Position numbers and translations under genes: made by a program. The notes beneath the pieces are model-generated. The model was given only the letters and a program-made list of their open reading frames with translations. It did no database searches and had not been told where the DNA came from. This document shows, piece by piece, positions 10,548 to 23,920 of a stretch of 64,000 bases of DNA (its first letter is position 1; every line of letters begins with the position of its first letter). The DNA is from Phoronis australis (taxonomy: Eukaryota; Animalia; Phoronida). The stretch spans positions 273,530-337,529 of the forward strand of contig NMRA01000113.1 of NCBI GenBank assembly GCA_002633005.1. Reading direction: 5' to 3'.

Positions 10548-13179
10548 GTAACCCACCACGACAAAATGAGTCTTAAGTCGGAAACTCTATTTCCTGACTA
10601 GACTGCAAACAGTCGCTATCAGTTAAAATTAGGTCTAATTTTTTTATTGCAGATTATGATTATTTATTCATTCTACTTCACAAAACAATGCTTTAAAACA
10701 AGCAAACTTCATTTTAAACCTTATTTATTTCATTTTGAAAAACATCACCTTCTCCACGACTGCATATTGTGAAAGTTTCATCGAAACTTTTGCCGGTTTT
10801 CGTGTCCCCCATGCTCAGTCACCCGATGACCCAATTCGCTCGTAAACACATCAACAGAAAGGTCAAACTCTGCTCATTATGCTTGTAGTAGCTCTTTTAG
10901 TTTTTCGTCCAATCATCAGTCGTAATTTCACTTTTTGCATTCGGGGTATATTCAACAGAAGTGCCACTCACCAGTCTTTTAGCTAGCAACGACCTTTTAA
11001 CCCAATACATCGCTGACCTCATTCGCTAGAACTAGTTAAGTGGGCGTGAAACTGTAGGGTCGCAAGGTCACGACATGTTTACAAGACAGTAAGATGGCTG
11101 GTCGCCGTGTACCTGATATCTCAGTGATTAACTCTTGCCTCTGACTGCCGTATCAAGATCAGCGAGAATTAACTGAACTCATCAAAGAGCACATTGGATG
11201 GAAACACGGAGGAATTTCGTGACAGCGACTAGTCATCTAATGGCAGCAACTCGTCGCCAGATGAGTTTCATGATCGATCCATCGCGAATACGGTTACGTT
11301 GGATTGGAACAAACAGAACTTGAAGAAAAACAGTCCGGATTAGCTTAATTGCAGAACAATGTCTTGTACCTGCAAAGCCAGTGGATTGGGGTGCAAGCAG
11401 CTGAATATTACTGCAAGAGAGAACAATCTTCGATAGGGCTGAATCACTCGGTGAGAAATCGAGGAAATCGTTGCTCTTCAGTCAGTGTCAGTGGACTTGG
11501 ATAAGGATGATTGTCATTTTATTCAAAATTATTCACACTAGCGTAAAATTTTGAATTATTTTGAACAAAAGTCAGCCACGAACTTGTATTTTGTTATCTA
11601 CAGGACTTCATTTTATTAAACTTCTCCAAAATACACTTAACTACTTGTTTTACTTGCAGTAACCCCTCCCACAAGTGGACTGACCCTGTATACATTAGCT
11701 GGGAAATTCATTGACCCAGTTGCAGCAACCCAACATGAATATCACTCCATTTTGGTTGATATTACATAATAAGGTCTATATTTTTTCTAATTTTTGATTA
11801 CTTTTATTTGTTTATGTTGTTGTGTGTACTAATAAGTCTGAAATGTAGCATTCAACTGCAGGTTGCTATAGAAATTTTAAAGACAATCGGCACTTTTTCT
11901 CGGCCATTTTCCTTGACCTTTGAAAGCTCTAAATTTTCGCTTTCCCCAACTAGAATTGGCAATAACTCGGTCATTTGTGAAGATAAGGACATGCTTCATA
12001 CCTCAAAATGATCAGAAAATACTGTATTTTCAGAAAAAATAACAATTAAAACAAGAGCAACGCGGAGCGTTGAAATGCGCCCACAATTGCACCGCATACG
12101 GTATCCTTCTAGGGTTGTTTATTGGTACCATAAATTGGCCAGTAGAGGGCATACTTTGCAAAATGGAAAGGCATGGTCATAGTCTCCTCAATAGGCTAGG
12201 GGCAAAATGTGAGTTATCTTCATAATACAAGCACATCCTATACACCATTTGCTTAAAGCACCACAGAAACATAGAATTAAAAACAAATTTACCAACATAC
12301 GAGATTAGCACAGCATTAGAATGCCAGAAACAAATTTCTACTTAGAACTTTTCCTTCACAGTCACGAAGTAACACAAAGTATACACCTGAAGACCTATGA
12401 AAATACAGAGGTCAATGTAAAATACTAAAATTGCCACTAGAGGCAAATACTAAAATTGCCACAAGAGGCATACCGGTAGTCAGAATCATCCTAAAGTCGT
12501 CATCGTCCGTTGTCAACATCACATAAATACACTTGCTAAATTTAGTAAAGATCCTGCAAACGGTTTGGGAGATACAGCCATGGGCGCAAAAAAACAAAAC
12601 TGCCACTAGGAGGCGCCACAGTAGTCCAAATCGTCTGAAAATCATTGTCAGCTGTCTTCCTTATAGTAAGCACATACACGCCAATTTTCACAATCATCCT
12701 TTGAGCGGTTTGGTTGATAGAGGGGTGGACGCAAAAATACAGACTCGAAAACAGTAAAAATGGCCACTAGGTGGCGCAAACTACGTCGAATCCATCTGAA
12801 AACAGTAGGATAGCGTCATCTCACTAATAGGTGCCTACATACCAAATTTCATGAAAATCCGTTCAGTACTTTTGAAGATACAAAGGTAAGCGTAAAAAAC
12901 TAAAATTGCCACTAGGGGGCACACCGGTAGTCGGATCCGTCCGAAAGTTCGCACATGCCGTCCCATTCATGAATGGAACATATGTGCCAAATTTCATGAA
13001 CGTATGTCGAAGGGTTTTGGAGATAGAGCAGCGGACGCCGGACGCCGGACGGACGGCCGGACGGCCGGACGGACGGACGGACGGACAGAGATGACGGCAT
13101 AATGCGTCCACATATAAATATGTGGGCGCATAAAAATGACAAATCCCGACTTAAGATTCATTTTGTGGTGATGGGTAAC
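10548..13179. mobile_element. TIR DNA transposon, Sola-like, with 4-bp TSD CTAT
   Basis: ~34-bp TIR GTAACCCACCACGACAAAATGAGTCTTAAGTCGG / CCGACTTAAGATTCATTTTGTGGTGATGGGTAAC; CTAT at 10544-10547 and 13180-13183. Confidence 0.78.
12051..13137 (+). mobile_element. Non-autonomous Helentron-type element (HINE, DINE-1-like)
   Basis: Subterminal IR ATGCGCCCACA (~12076) / TGTGGGCGCAT (13121); ~160-bp core repeats; (GGAC)n microsatellite ~13030-13086; 3' hairpin 13102-13131; A-rich flanks; no TSD. Confidence 0.85.
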
Positions 13180-13634
13180 CTATTTGGGCAAATACTATTC
13201 TGGAGCCATTCAGGTGTCATATCCAACTTCTATTTAGTTCTTATTTAGCCTGATAGAAGCGATGGTTGTTCTTTCGTTCCAGCTTCCAGTGGGCCCAGCT
13301 TCAAGCAACAGTATATTCACATAAGTTTTTCACAATTTAACAAATTTATACTTCCCGTTCATTGCCAATTGTTCTGGACAAAAATTACTCCATGTAATTA
13401 TTAATTTTAGCTACATATGGCTTTTCTAACACCCAATTTCTTTCAATTCACTAGCCTTCAAACCCAAACTAATCCCCGTCACCAGTGCCAGAGACGGCAA
13501 CCCAAATGACCCTGGTTCCAAAAAACATCTTCCAAATTACACATTACCTATTTCCTAATCAACCAGTCACCATCATCTTCCCATACAGCTGTTTCTTCTA
13601 ATTTTCACATTTTCATATCTGAGTTAGATACAAC

Positions 13635-14958
13635 ATGGTGAAAGCCAAAGTCAAGACTACAAAATCACCAGGCAGATCCACCACTAACAGTACCAGTACA
13701 ACCTCTAGGTCAGCGAGGACATAGAGTGTGCAGTCTGACCAGGCCTCAACCTGCCACGGAGACCAAGCATCTACATCTGCACCGATGGATCCTCAACCCA
13801 ACCAGGTCAGTCATACCCGTTTACTTATACAAAACAGGCGTACAATCGTACGATTTAGTACACGATCGTACACTATACGAAACCACTTTGTAATCGTACG
13901 CAATTCACGAGTGATTGTCAAGATCATTGTTAATAAAATATTTTCTACAAGTTCGTTTTCTTCGTATTATTTCACTGTTTAATCCCTATTTTTACAGGGC
14001 GAATCATATATATTTTTGCAGCACGTGACGAGTCCGATCGGCCGGGGTCCCGCCAACACACTGTTTCGCGGGAAATCCTGGGTGAATATGAATCCAAGTC
14101 GGCGATTTCGTGCCGATCTAGTTCACAGCTTGTCCACTAGGATACCGTATGCATTTAGGACTGGCTTATTGATATTAATAGGAACTTTGTCAAATTATAC
14201 TGCGAATAAATGATCGGCTTTTATAAAAACAGTTAGTCGTAACTCCGATCTATGTCTTAATGGTCTTTTGTGTATGTGTTTCTCCCGGTTTTGGGATGAA
14301 ATAAACTCGCTCTTCTCATATGGGTGCTATTAGTGCAACAATTAGACGGGCCTGGTTTTCTCAGCGGAAGCGTCGGGTTCTGCCTTCGACGACAGCGTGA
14401 ATTATTATCAAGGGCATAACTCGGTAGCGAGACCCTGGACTCGCTTCTCTTTCTGAAATCCCAACCTGGACAAGCACACCAGAAGAACTACCCAAAAGAA
14501 AAACTCATGTCATTGAAATCTGCCTATTACAAGTCGACAAAGCAATAAACAATTGCTTATACTAGTACATGCTGCAAAAATAAAACTTCGGCCACTTGAC
14601 GTTGACTGTCTGTGTAATAAAACATGTGGTGTTAATTTGGTACAAATTTGAAAGAATTTATCTTTTGCATTCGGTTTTCGTGATTGTACACATTGGAGCT
14701 CAGATTGTACACATTTTTGAGGTTTTCAGAAGTGATTGTACACAATGGTCGAAATTTGAGTAAGCAGGTCTGGTCAGTTAACCTCTGATGTGACTCTGCC
14801 TGATTATGAGGTACTTCCATCGACACCAATTCCTAGCATGTACCCGATAATGGGCACCTATATGTATCACCTTCAATTCGCACAAAAATTCATAACGGCA
14901 TATGCATTGACCTTAACACCCTCCTCCCAACCTCATCGCCATTGCAACAACTGCCTCA
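13635..14958 (+). pseudogene. Second copy of the putative DIRS/Ngaro gag 5' region, interrupted by a MITE
   Basis: 13765-13811 and 14773-14958 align with 8854-9080. Confidence 0.55.
13812..14772. mobile_element. Non-autonomous TIR element with 6-bp TSD GTCAGT
   Basis: TIR CATACCCGTTTACT / AGTAAGCAGGTCTG; TSD at 13806-13811 and 14773-14778; empty site visible in the paralogue at ~8891-8908. Confidence 0.8.
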
Positions 14959-15041
14959 GAGGAGCTTTATTTAATTCGATGGCACCTGGCATAAGCATGG
15001 ATTTTCATCGCATTATGGCAACGGCATTTTGTTAAGGGAAA

Positions 15042-18000
15042 TGTAATGTTTTGATAAACATATAACAGATATATTACTCACGCATACCAGTTAGTGCAAG
15101 ACTATAGTTTAATTGATTCTGAGTACAGGAAGTTCTATATATGATATTACCACTTCGATTATAAGAATTGCATGCTGCTTAGTCATTGTTCTATATAAGC
15201 CACCTTGTAGAGAATTTAGTTAGTTCCAATAAAGTATTTGACACAGCAAGTCTTATATTCTGACTTCGTAATATCAGAATATTACACTGGCGACGAGGTA
15301 TCGCACTCATTGAGCATGGACTATGCAGGCAGGAGGTTTGCCGGTTTTTCCAGTTTGACTATGAGGACAGCACTAGTGGATGGATCGGAAAGTTAGAAAA
15401 CTTGTTCGTCGGCATGGGACTCGCCGACACGGAGGACAACGGGGCCAGGAAGCGGGTGCTGCTGTTGCACTAAGTTGGCGACAAAATATACGACATACAT
15501 GAGGCCAACAAGGGGGACTCAACGCAGGACTATGAGGGAACTAAACAGGTACTTTTGTCTTATTTTGAGCTCAAGAAAAATGTTCAGATGGACATCTATC
15601 AGTTTCGGACGTACAGACAACAACCCGGACAGTCGTTAGATGAGTTTGTCACTGCACTGAGACAGTTGGCTGCCAACTGTAATTTTGTAAACGCGGATCA
15701 AGAGATTCTGTCTCAAGTGATCCAGAACTGTTCATGCAATCAATTACGCTGCAGAGTGCTGAGAGAGGCAGACAAACCTCTAGCAGAGATATTGGCACTT
15801 TGTCGTGCTATTGAAATTGCGGATAGTCAGGCGGCAGCTATTGAGAGAGACACTCATAGCGTTAATAGGATGAGAGATAAAAGTAGTCGTCCACGTACCA
15901 ACGTACAAACGCCGAGACAACGAGGGTATGTTAAACCAAACTTGGCAAACAAGTCATGTTTCAGCTGTGGAAGAAGTTATCCACTTTCAGGACCATGTCC
16001 TGCCGAAGATAAAATTTGCCATAAGTGTCAAAATGTTGGATATTTGCAAAATTCTGCCATGTGAGGCAAACGAGACTGGTAGCAACCCATAAAGTAAGGG
16101 AGATTAAAAACGAAAAAAAGGGCGTTACATCACACTCAGATAACTGTCAACAACCTGAGTCGAGTGATGAGGAATATTGTAATGGTGTGAGTCAGCAGAA
16201 ATCGACTCGGATTCCACATGTTTCCGTGAAGTTAAATGATAGACCATGCGACATGATAATTGACACTGGTGCGTCAGTAAACATCCTTGACAAGATGACG
16301 TATGCGAAAATAGGCTCACCCAAATTAAACAAACGTCGTCCGGAGAAACTGTTACCATATGGCAATAACGACCCATTGCCAGTCATCGGACGGTGTCGGG
16401 TCAGCATAGAAACAAAACAGGTTTATGCCTGTTGCAAGTTTCTGGTAGTCAAGGGCAATCACGGTTCGTTGCTGGGTTACCCGACATGCGCTAAGCTGAA
16501 TCTTGTCCAAGTGGTGAGAAATATAAAAAGTGTTGAGGACCGATTTCCAGAACTAGTTAGTGGGATAGGAAAGTTGAAAAACTCAAACGTGAAACTCCAC
16601 ATTAACCCTGACGTCAAGTCGATCGCGATTCGACATCGGCGTACACCATTTCACTTGAAGGAGAAGGTTGAAAAAGAGCTCAACAAGTTGTTGAAAGAAG
16701 GCATCATTGAAAAGGTAGAGGTTGGCACTACGGCGCCTTGGATTTCACCCATTGTGACCCCTCCTAAAAAGGACTCCGATGACATCTGATTATGCATCGA
16801 TATGCGTGGGCCGAATACGGCAATTGAACGCGAACGCCACCACATGCCTTCTGTTGATGAGTTAATTTCGGATTTGAATGGGTCCTCAATTTTTAGTAAA
16901 TTGGACCTACGTTCCGGTTATCACCAACTCGAGTTGGATGAAAGTTCTCGCTATATCACTACGTTTAGCACGCATGCTGGTCTTTTCCATTATCGGCGTC
17001 TAAATTTCGGTGTTTGTTCCGCATCTGAAATATTTCAAGAAACGATCAAAAATGTGATTAAAGGAATTCCCGGTGTGAAAAATATAGCCGATGACATAAT
17101 TGTGTTTGGGAAGATGCAGGAAGACCACGATAAGGCTCTCTACGATGTGTTCCAAGCGTTGCAAGACAATGGGCTGACACTGAATGCAAAGAAATGTGAG
17201 TATAACAAGTCGTCCATCGATTTTTTCGTACTTGTCTTCAGTAGAGATGGAATCTCACCAGATCCAAAGAAGGTCAAAGCCATTGTTGACACCGAAGCAC
17301 CATCAAATGTAAGTAGTGTGCGCAGTTTTCTCGGCATGACAACATATTGCGTGAGATTTATTGATAACTACGCTACGATCAGTGAACAACTGCGTAGGCT
17401 AACCAAGAAGGATGCTGTTTGGCAATGGGCAAATGAACATGAAACCGCGTTTAAGACACTGAAACAGAAACTGATTGACAGCCCAGTCATGGCATATTTT
17501 AAGCCGAACGAGAATATTGAAGTAATTGTTGATGGAAGTCCAGTGGGAATTTCCGCTATATTATGCCAAAACAACAAAGTTGTCACTTATGCGAGCATAT
17601 CGCTCACCGAAACGGAAACCCGTTATAGACAAACGGAACGGGAGGCACTAGCGATTGTATGGGCATGCGAACATTTTGATATGTATTTGCGAGGCGCTCA
17701 TCACTTTGAGGTTATTACGGATCATAAACTTCTGGAAACGATTTGGAAAAAGGAACGACCACCGCTTAGAATCGAACGTTGGGGATTACGGCTACAACCA
17801 TATAAGTTCACGATTAAATATAAACCGGGTGTCTCCAATTGCTGGTAACGAACAAACTTCGTGCAAAAGCAAGATTGCGGAAGAATATGTCAACTGTATT
17901 TTGCAACACACAAAACCCAAAGCTATTTCGATAGAGGACATCGAACTGGCCACACTGACCCGACTCTGATGAAACTTATTGAGCTAATCAAAACAAACCG

Positions 18001-19623
18001 TTGGTTCGAAACCAAAACACTGTCATGTTGATACTGACGTTAATGTGCACGAACTGACAGATTTTAAGAACACACGGGATGAATTAACAAGTGTAAGTGA
18101 TGGTCTACTGATAAGAGGCAATCAAATCGTTATGCCTTCATCATTGCGTAAGTTGGCTGTTGAAATTGCGCATGAAGGTCATCACGGAATGCAGAGAACA
18201 AAGGCATTCTTGAGATCGTCCATATGGTTCCCTGGTATGGATAACATGATTGAAAACAAAATACCGAACTGTCGAGCTTGTCAAGTTGTGACAACGGGAA
18301 AATGAGTTTTAGAGCCACTGTCTATGAGCCCTATGCCTGATAATCCCTGGGAAAATCTAAGTGTGGATTTTTGTGGACCACTGCCGTCAGGAGATTATTT
18401 ATTTGTGGTAATTGATGAACATTCACGTTACCCAGTCGTAGAAATTGTGAAATCTACATCTGCTAATACGGTGATTCCAGTGCCTGATAAAATATTCTCT
18501 ATGTTTGGATATCCGAAAGTTGTAAAATCGGATAATGGAAGTCCATTTACTTCGTATGCATTCAGACAGTTTGCAGAGTTCAGTGGATTTAAACATCGTA
18601 AAATTACACCGCATTGGCCAAGAGCAAACGCGCAAGCAGAATCCTTCAATAAACCACTGATGAAATGTCTAAGAGCTGCAGGTAAAAACTGGAAGCAGGA
18701 ACTGTACAAATTTTTGAGTCAATATCGTGCTACGCCGCATAGCTCGACTGGAGTATCACCACATAGATTGTTGTTTGGACGTGAACCTCAAACGAAGTTA
18801 CACAGGATTACACAGTGTCAAACGGGACTCTGTCGTGGAAAGGGCAAAAGGAAGTGACGAATTAGTAAACATCGAATGAAATCATATGCCGATAATAAAC
18901 TTGGAGTAAAATCATGCGATATTCGAGTAGGAGACACTGTGTTGACTAGAAATGACAGGAAACAAAACAAACTGTCAACTCCGTTTAACACCACTCCTCA
19001 TATTGTTGTTGATAAGAAAGGTTCTATGTTAAGTGCTACCGATGGTGAACGTACTGTTACTAGGAACTCCAGTGCATTTAAACATACTAATTCGACATTT
19101 AAACCAGTTGTGGTCGAGAATGACGAAAGTGAATTTCTGGAAAACACTCCTCTCGATACTACATCAACAGTGTCAAAACCTCAACAACAGGATCCAACTG
19201 TCAGACGATCTACACGTGTTAAACACGTGTTAAACACGTGTTAAACGTTAAACGCAAACCAGGATATTTGCAAGACATTGTGACTGACTAAATAAACAAT
19301 TACTGGACAAGGTACTTGGACTGTTGAAATGTGTTTATGTTTGTGTACTTGTAGAAATTATTCTAAGTTGAGGAGAGATGTAATGTTTTGATAAATATAT
19401 AACAGATATATTACTCATGCATACCAGTTAGTGCAAGACTATAGTTTAATTGATTCTGAGTAAAGGAAGTTCTATATATGGTATTACCACTTCGATTGTA
19501 AGAATTGCATGCTGCTTAGTCATTGTTCTATATAAGCCACCTTGTAGAGAATTTAGTTAGTTCCAATAAAGTATTTGACACAGCAAGTCTTATATTCTGA
19601 CTTCGTAATATCAGAATATTACA
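15042..19623 (+). mobile_element. Full-length Ty3/Gypsy Mag-like LTR retrotransposon (element C), coding-dead
   Basis: 245-bp LTRs 15042-15286 and 19379-19623 (5 substitutions counted by eye); TSD GGAAA; PBS TGGCGACGAGG at 15288; PPT GAGGAGAGA; domain order gag-PR-RT-RH-INT. Confidence 0.97.
15316..19290 (+). pseudogene. Element C gag-pol with stops and frameshifts
   Basis: Gag zinc knuckles CFSCG...CHKC; protease IDTGAS ~16260; RT ADDII ~17087; RNase H VDGSP/EREAL; integrase AHEGH..C..C, VDF, SDNG, QAESFN. Confidence 0.93.
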
Positions 19624-20833
19624 GGAAAGGATCTGCAAGTCAGTGATGATGATGTTTACGTACTGGTCCCACCAGTCACTTAGTGTATGTGTGGTGGTAA
19701 ACCAAGCCCCTCGGGGTGAGCATACACTACATGATAATTTCCTTTAATCATATCATGGACAAATTACTCACCCATCTCAGTGAACCGGACATGACACCAG
19801 TGTACATACAGATAGTATGTGATGGCACAGTTATGAACATCAAGGATCCCCCAAACACACGAGGCCAAAATCTTCCTCTGGTGATAGGAGGTAATGTCTT
19901 TTGGGTTCATGGCCAATGACATTCAGAGGCAAAAATTAGGTCCAAAATTAAATTTTAAGGCCCTTTAGCCGAGAAATCATCTGCAAAAAATTAAGATGGG
20001 ATAGAATAGACTTTTCATAGCTTTCCGATTTGATGTTCAATAGGTAAATCATTTACTGAAGGTAGTTCTTATTGTGTTCGAAAGAATTTGACAACAAGCA
20101 AAGACCGAGAGAGGACGGAATAAACTTTAGAGACCCTAGTTATAATTTGAGTAAGAACCTCCTGGATGTTGTCACATTCGAGACATTTTCCGTTTATCAA
20201 AGCTAACCATTTCTGCCCATCCCCAGTCAATATCGGGATTTTAGGACAGGCTTAAACATAATGAAAACTAGCTTGGTGTGAATGAACCTTAACTTCAGCA
20301 AGAGCTTCTGTTGGCAGTTTTTTTCAATGTGGTTCAGCAGATATGTGTACTTTGAACTGATATTTATGAATATTTTTTTTTAATTTTAGGAAAGTTGGTG
20401 AACATCACTGTTCCAGGTGGAGCTTCTGAAGAGGGTACGCACGACGACTTATATAATTATTCCATTGGCTTTTTACACTGTGTATAGAACATTCACCTTT
20501 ACCCAATAGAGGTCACTAGTCACGGACAGGAAGTGGATTCCATGACTAACGAGTCTCGCTAAATTAAAGCATTCTCTCTCTCTCTCTGGACATTGTATGG
20601 ACATTTTTAGAGGTATAAGCTAGATATAAGATTTAAGTGTTTTAGCAGCATTTTCACTACATTGCAGCGATTAATGCCTATTAATTTTACGTTCATTTTC
20701 CTCGCATTTTAGTGAAGGCTATCCTTCCCTTTGTTGTAGATCGTCTTCATTCCAAGACGCACTGAATCGTTGAAATAAAGCTCGAAAAAGTTCAAATACT
20801 TATCTATGAAGACGATCTGTCTCATCAGACACC

Positions 20834-21236
20834 ATGCCAGCTATTCACTGCCCTATTGCCGGATGCACCTATGTGATGGACCTCGATGCCGCGATCGTCG
20901 CCGCCTTACTCACTACGCACGCCACAACACACACACCAACAAAACCTATAACCCCGGAAAAGCTGAGACGGCCAACCATACAGTCTTCCGGCACTAGTGA
21001 GGAATGGTCGTACTTTTTATCACGTTGGGGTGACTATATAGAGGCAACTCAACTTCAAGGAAAAGACCGCATCATACAACTCCTTGAGTGCTGTGACGAG
21101 TCGCTACGAAAGGACTTGACACGCTCCGCAGGCACCTCCCTCACCGGCAGGACTGAGGCGGAGGTCCTGGCCGCTATGCGCATCCTGGCCGTGCGTGAGG
21201 AGAGCACGATGGTGGCCAGGGTCAACCTCAACAATA
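20834..21236 (+). pseudogene. Truncated Ty3/Gypsy gag of a third family
   Basis: MPAIHCPIAGCTY...EKLRRPTI..GTSEEWSYFLSRW.DY...QLLECCDESLRKDL...LAVREE; no pol follows; possible LTR at ~20481-20592. Confidence 0.75.
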
Positions 21237-23551
21237 TAAGCGGACGCCATCCAACACTGGAACAGCCTTGTAGAGCCGACGCAACCCAGGAACGAGAGCA
21301 ACCAGTCCGACACTGATAGCGACACTGACTCTGAAGCGGAGGGCGAGGTGTTTAAGAAGTTGGTCGCCTGCTAATCTGACATTCAGTAAAACTCGCAGAA
21401 GTTGGACGTTATGTTGGCAAAGCCGGCGGTTGTCAGTTCTACGTGAATGAAGCCGATCCCTCTCAGTCTGACTGAAAAAAGTTTTTCGAGTTTCATGTAC
21501 AACTTTTGTTTTGTCATTCATTTTTGCAAATAAATACTTAAAATTAAAGTTACCTTTTTTCGTCTTCGGGGTATCGACTATGTCCTAAATTATACGACTT
21601 CCACGACTTAAGTGCCATTCCTGGTATTGCTGTGGATTTGACAACTACTTGAAGCGCTCTGGATACACGTTAGGGTCGCTACTGCATCGACGTTTGGGCG
21701 CGCATCACGCCATATTTAAATTCCCTAACACGCCAGACGGCGGTAGGTCTTAGACAAGTTTCAGATCGAGCCGCTACTTGCAGCCACGTCAGTAAAGCTG
21801 AGTTGAAGATCAAAAGAGTACCTGATGCACTGCACAGCCCCCAATTTCTACGCGCGCAGTTAACAGACATTGCTATAATCAGAGAAGGCCCGTGAACAAT
21901 GTGTCCACCTCGGCGCAAAATGTGAAGCCAGAGACCATTACCAGTAATATTGAAACCGTGAACTGCGCATGTGCGAAAATCACTCAGTCAGCCCCCTCCA
22001 GCATACATGAGATTCGCAGAAAACACAAAGTGGGGGTCTTATTTATGAACCAATCACATTTGCCGATAGCACATAACATAGATAAGTACTTAAAAACGTG
22101 GCCATGTTTCAGCAAAATTGGAAGAAATTTTATGTTCAACATGGTATGGTTAAAGTTTGGGCTTATTTTGTCGCTTCGATCAGTGAAATCGCCGCTGAAA
22201 ACCCGAAAGTGCAGGTGAGAAAACGATTATTTTCGACCAAGCCTTTCATGTGCTGTTAGTTGCCAATAGACCCAACAGATGTCAGTATAATCAAGATTTA
22301 AATGTAGGAGTTTGAAGAAAATTAGACAAAAAATTGTATTTAACATGGGGTGGCCGAAAATTGCCAATTTTGGCCTTTTGATATCAGTTTAGTTTATCAT
22401 AGACTATCATCAGTGGGTCTACTTAATTCGAAGTTTTTGGTTAAGTCACTGATGATGTTCACACCAGTTTACTAATAAACGTTTGCTTTAAATATAAGTT
22501 TGATTGCAATGCTCTCAGCAGTGCGTGCAGCAGCGATTGGCCCTTGATCGGCCTATGGGCACTAAACCAAAGTAACTATGTTAGGGAAACACAAGTACCT
22601 GAGCTGTTTACGATCCACTTAAGAGAAAAATGTTTTTGTACCTAATATTAATTTGTTTTAGAGTATTGCGGGCATGGTTTCAAATTGAAAGGAGTCATCA
22701 CAAGTTGCATTTATGAGAATTGTACTGTTGCATTGCGAAAAACTAGTCTACTGAGGTAGTGCGAGATAAGGCAATGGGTAAAAAGGACCGCTTTGACTTG
22801 CTTATGAGTGGTAACCCTTGATATTGGCCAGACATCTTTAAAGACAGGTTTTGTCTTTCCTTTTAATGGAATATATTTGAACTTATGGTAATTTTGTGCA
22901 ACAAGCGCCACAAAATCAAGAATAACCTTCCTATTGCTTCTCTCGATTAGACACGCGGAGTGTGAAGCGCTGACTGGTCCATAAGCGATGACCTAGTTTA
23001 CGCAGAGAACCTGGCGGATGACCTAGTTTACGTATTGCTGGTAATGCGGAGATAGGTTGTGTTAGTCTCTGTAGTCTTATCGATCGAAATCGAAAGTTTC
23101 TTGGTACAAAATCCTTTTGTAAAAACGATACTAGCCCTAATAAACTAGTTGCTGAAGTCAACCCACGAAACAATCATTTTTATTGACATTGGGAGCAAGT
23201 TTGTGGTCACCAACGCGAATCAGCCAGGCGAGTGAACTTTGAGCTGGGCGAGTAGATTTTCTGGCGAGCAGGGTTTTGAAACATGGGTATATCCCTGAGA
23301 CCAGAGGGCAACATGATGCCACAGTTTAAGGAACACATTGTCCTGAACAATTCAGAAAACACGAGTGACACGCTACTAAAGAAAGTCTACCCAATGTGTA
23401 TAAGTCAGTGTAAAGACCCTGACCAGTTCCTTAGTGACCTACTTGACGAGGCCAACCCTGATTGTGTGTTCATTCCAAAGATTTAGTGAAGTAGAGACTG
23501 TCTCTGAAGAAGCAATTAATGTGTGCCATTATATTGTTTAGGTTTATTAGG

Positions 23552-23920
23552 TGGTGCTCAGGCCATGTTTTCAATAACATGACAATGTTGACTTGCAAAA
23601 TGATGACTGCATTCAGAACTTGAAAACTATTGTAGACTTGTTTCTTAACACTGAAACATGCAGCAAAATAGAAATGTTGACACAAGGTCAGTCTGTTCAC
23701 AAGAACAGAGCAATTCTTCGAAGACTGCTGCGGACATTACCCAAAAACACCGAGATGATACAGACCAGTGCCAGATGGCAACGCCAGCTTGAGCCACAAA
23801 CAGCAACATGACAGCAAAGCAAGGCCTGTTTATGCACACCATCATGTGAAGCAATGCCGCTGCAATGAAAGGCGGTCTGTTTTAGATTACGGATCCGCCA
23901 CCTGGATTTTCAGAAGAAAT
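23552..23920 (+). pseudogene. YqaJ / lambda-exonuclease-like remnant, probably transposon-derived
   Basis: Acceptor ttattag at ~23550; CSKIEMLTQGQS resembles the IE..TRGQS motif; downstream decayed RW...LEP.A segment. Confidence 0.45.

Noticed and set aside
12412-13142. Repeated ORFs also seen at 34199-35547
   Set aside because: Chance frames in the non-coding HINE; duplicated only because the element is.
14990-19720. Flanks of element C rejoined read ...VYVLVPPVT*CMCG, reminiscent of a CxC5/KDZ domain
   Set aside because: Too short and stop-ridden to support without a profile search.
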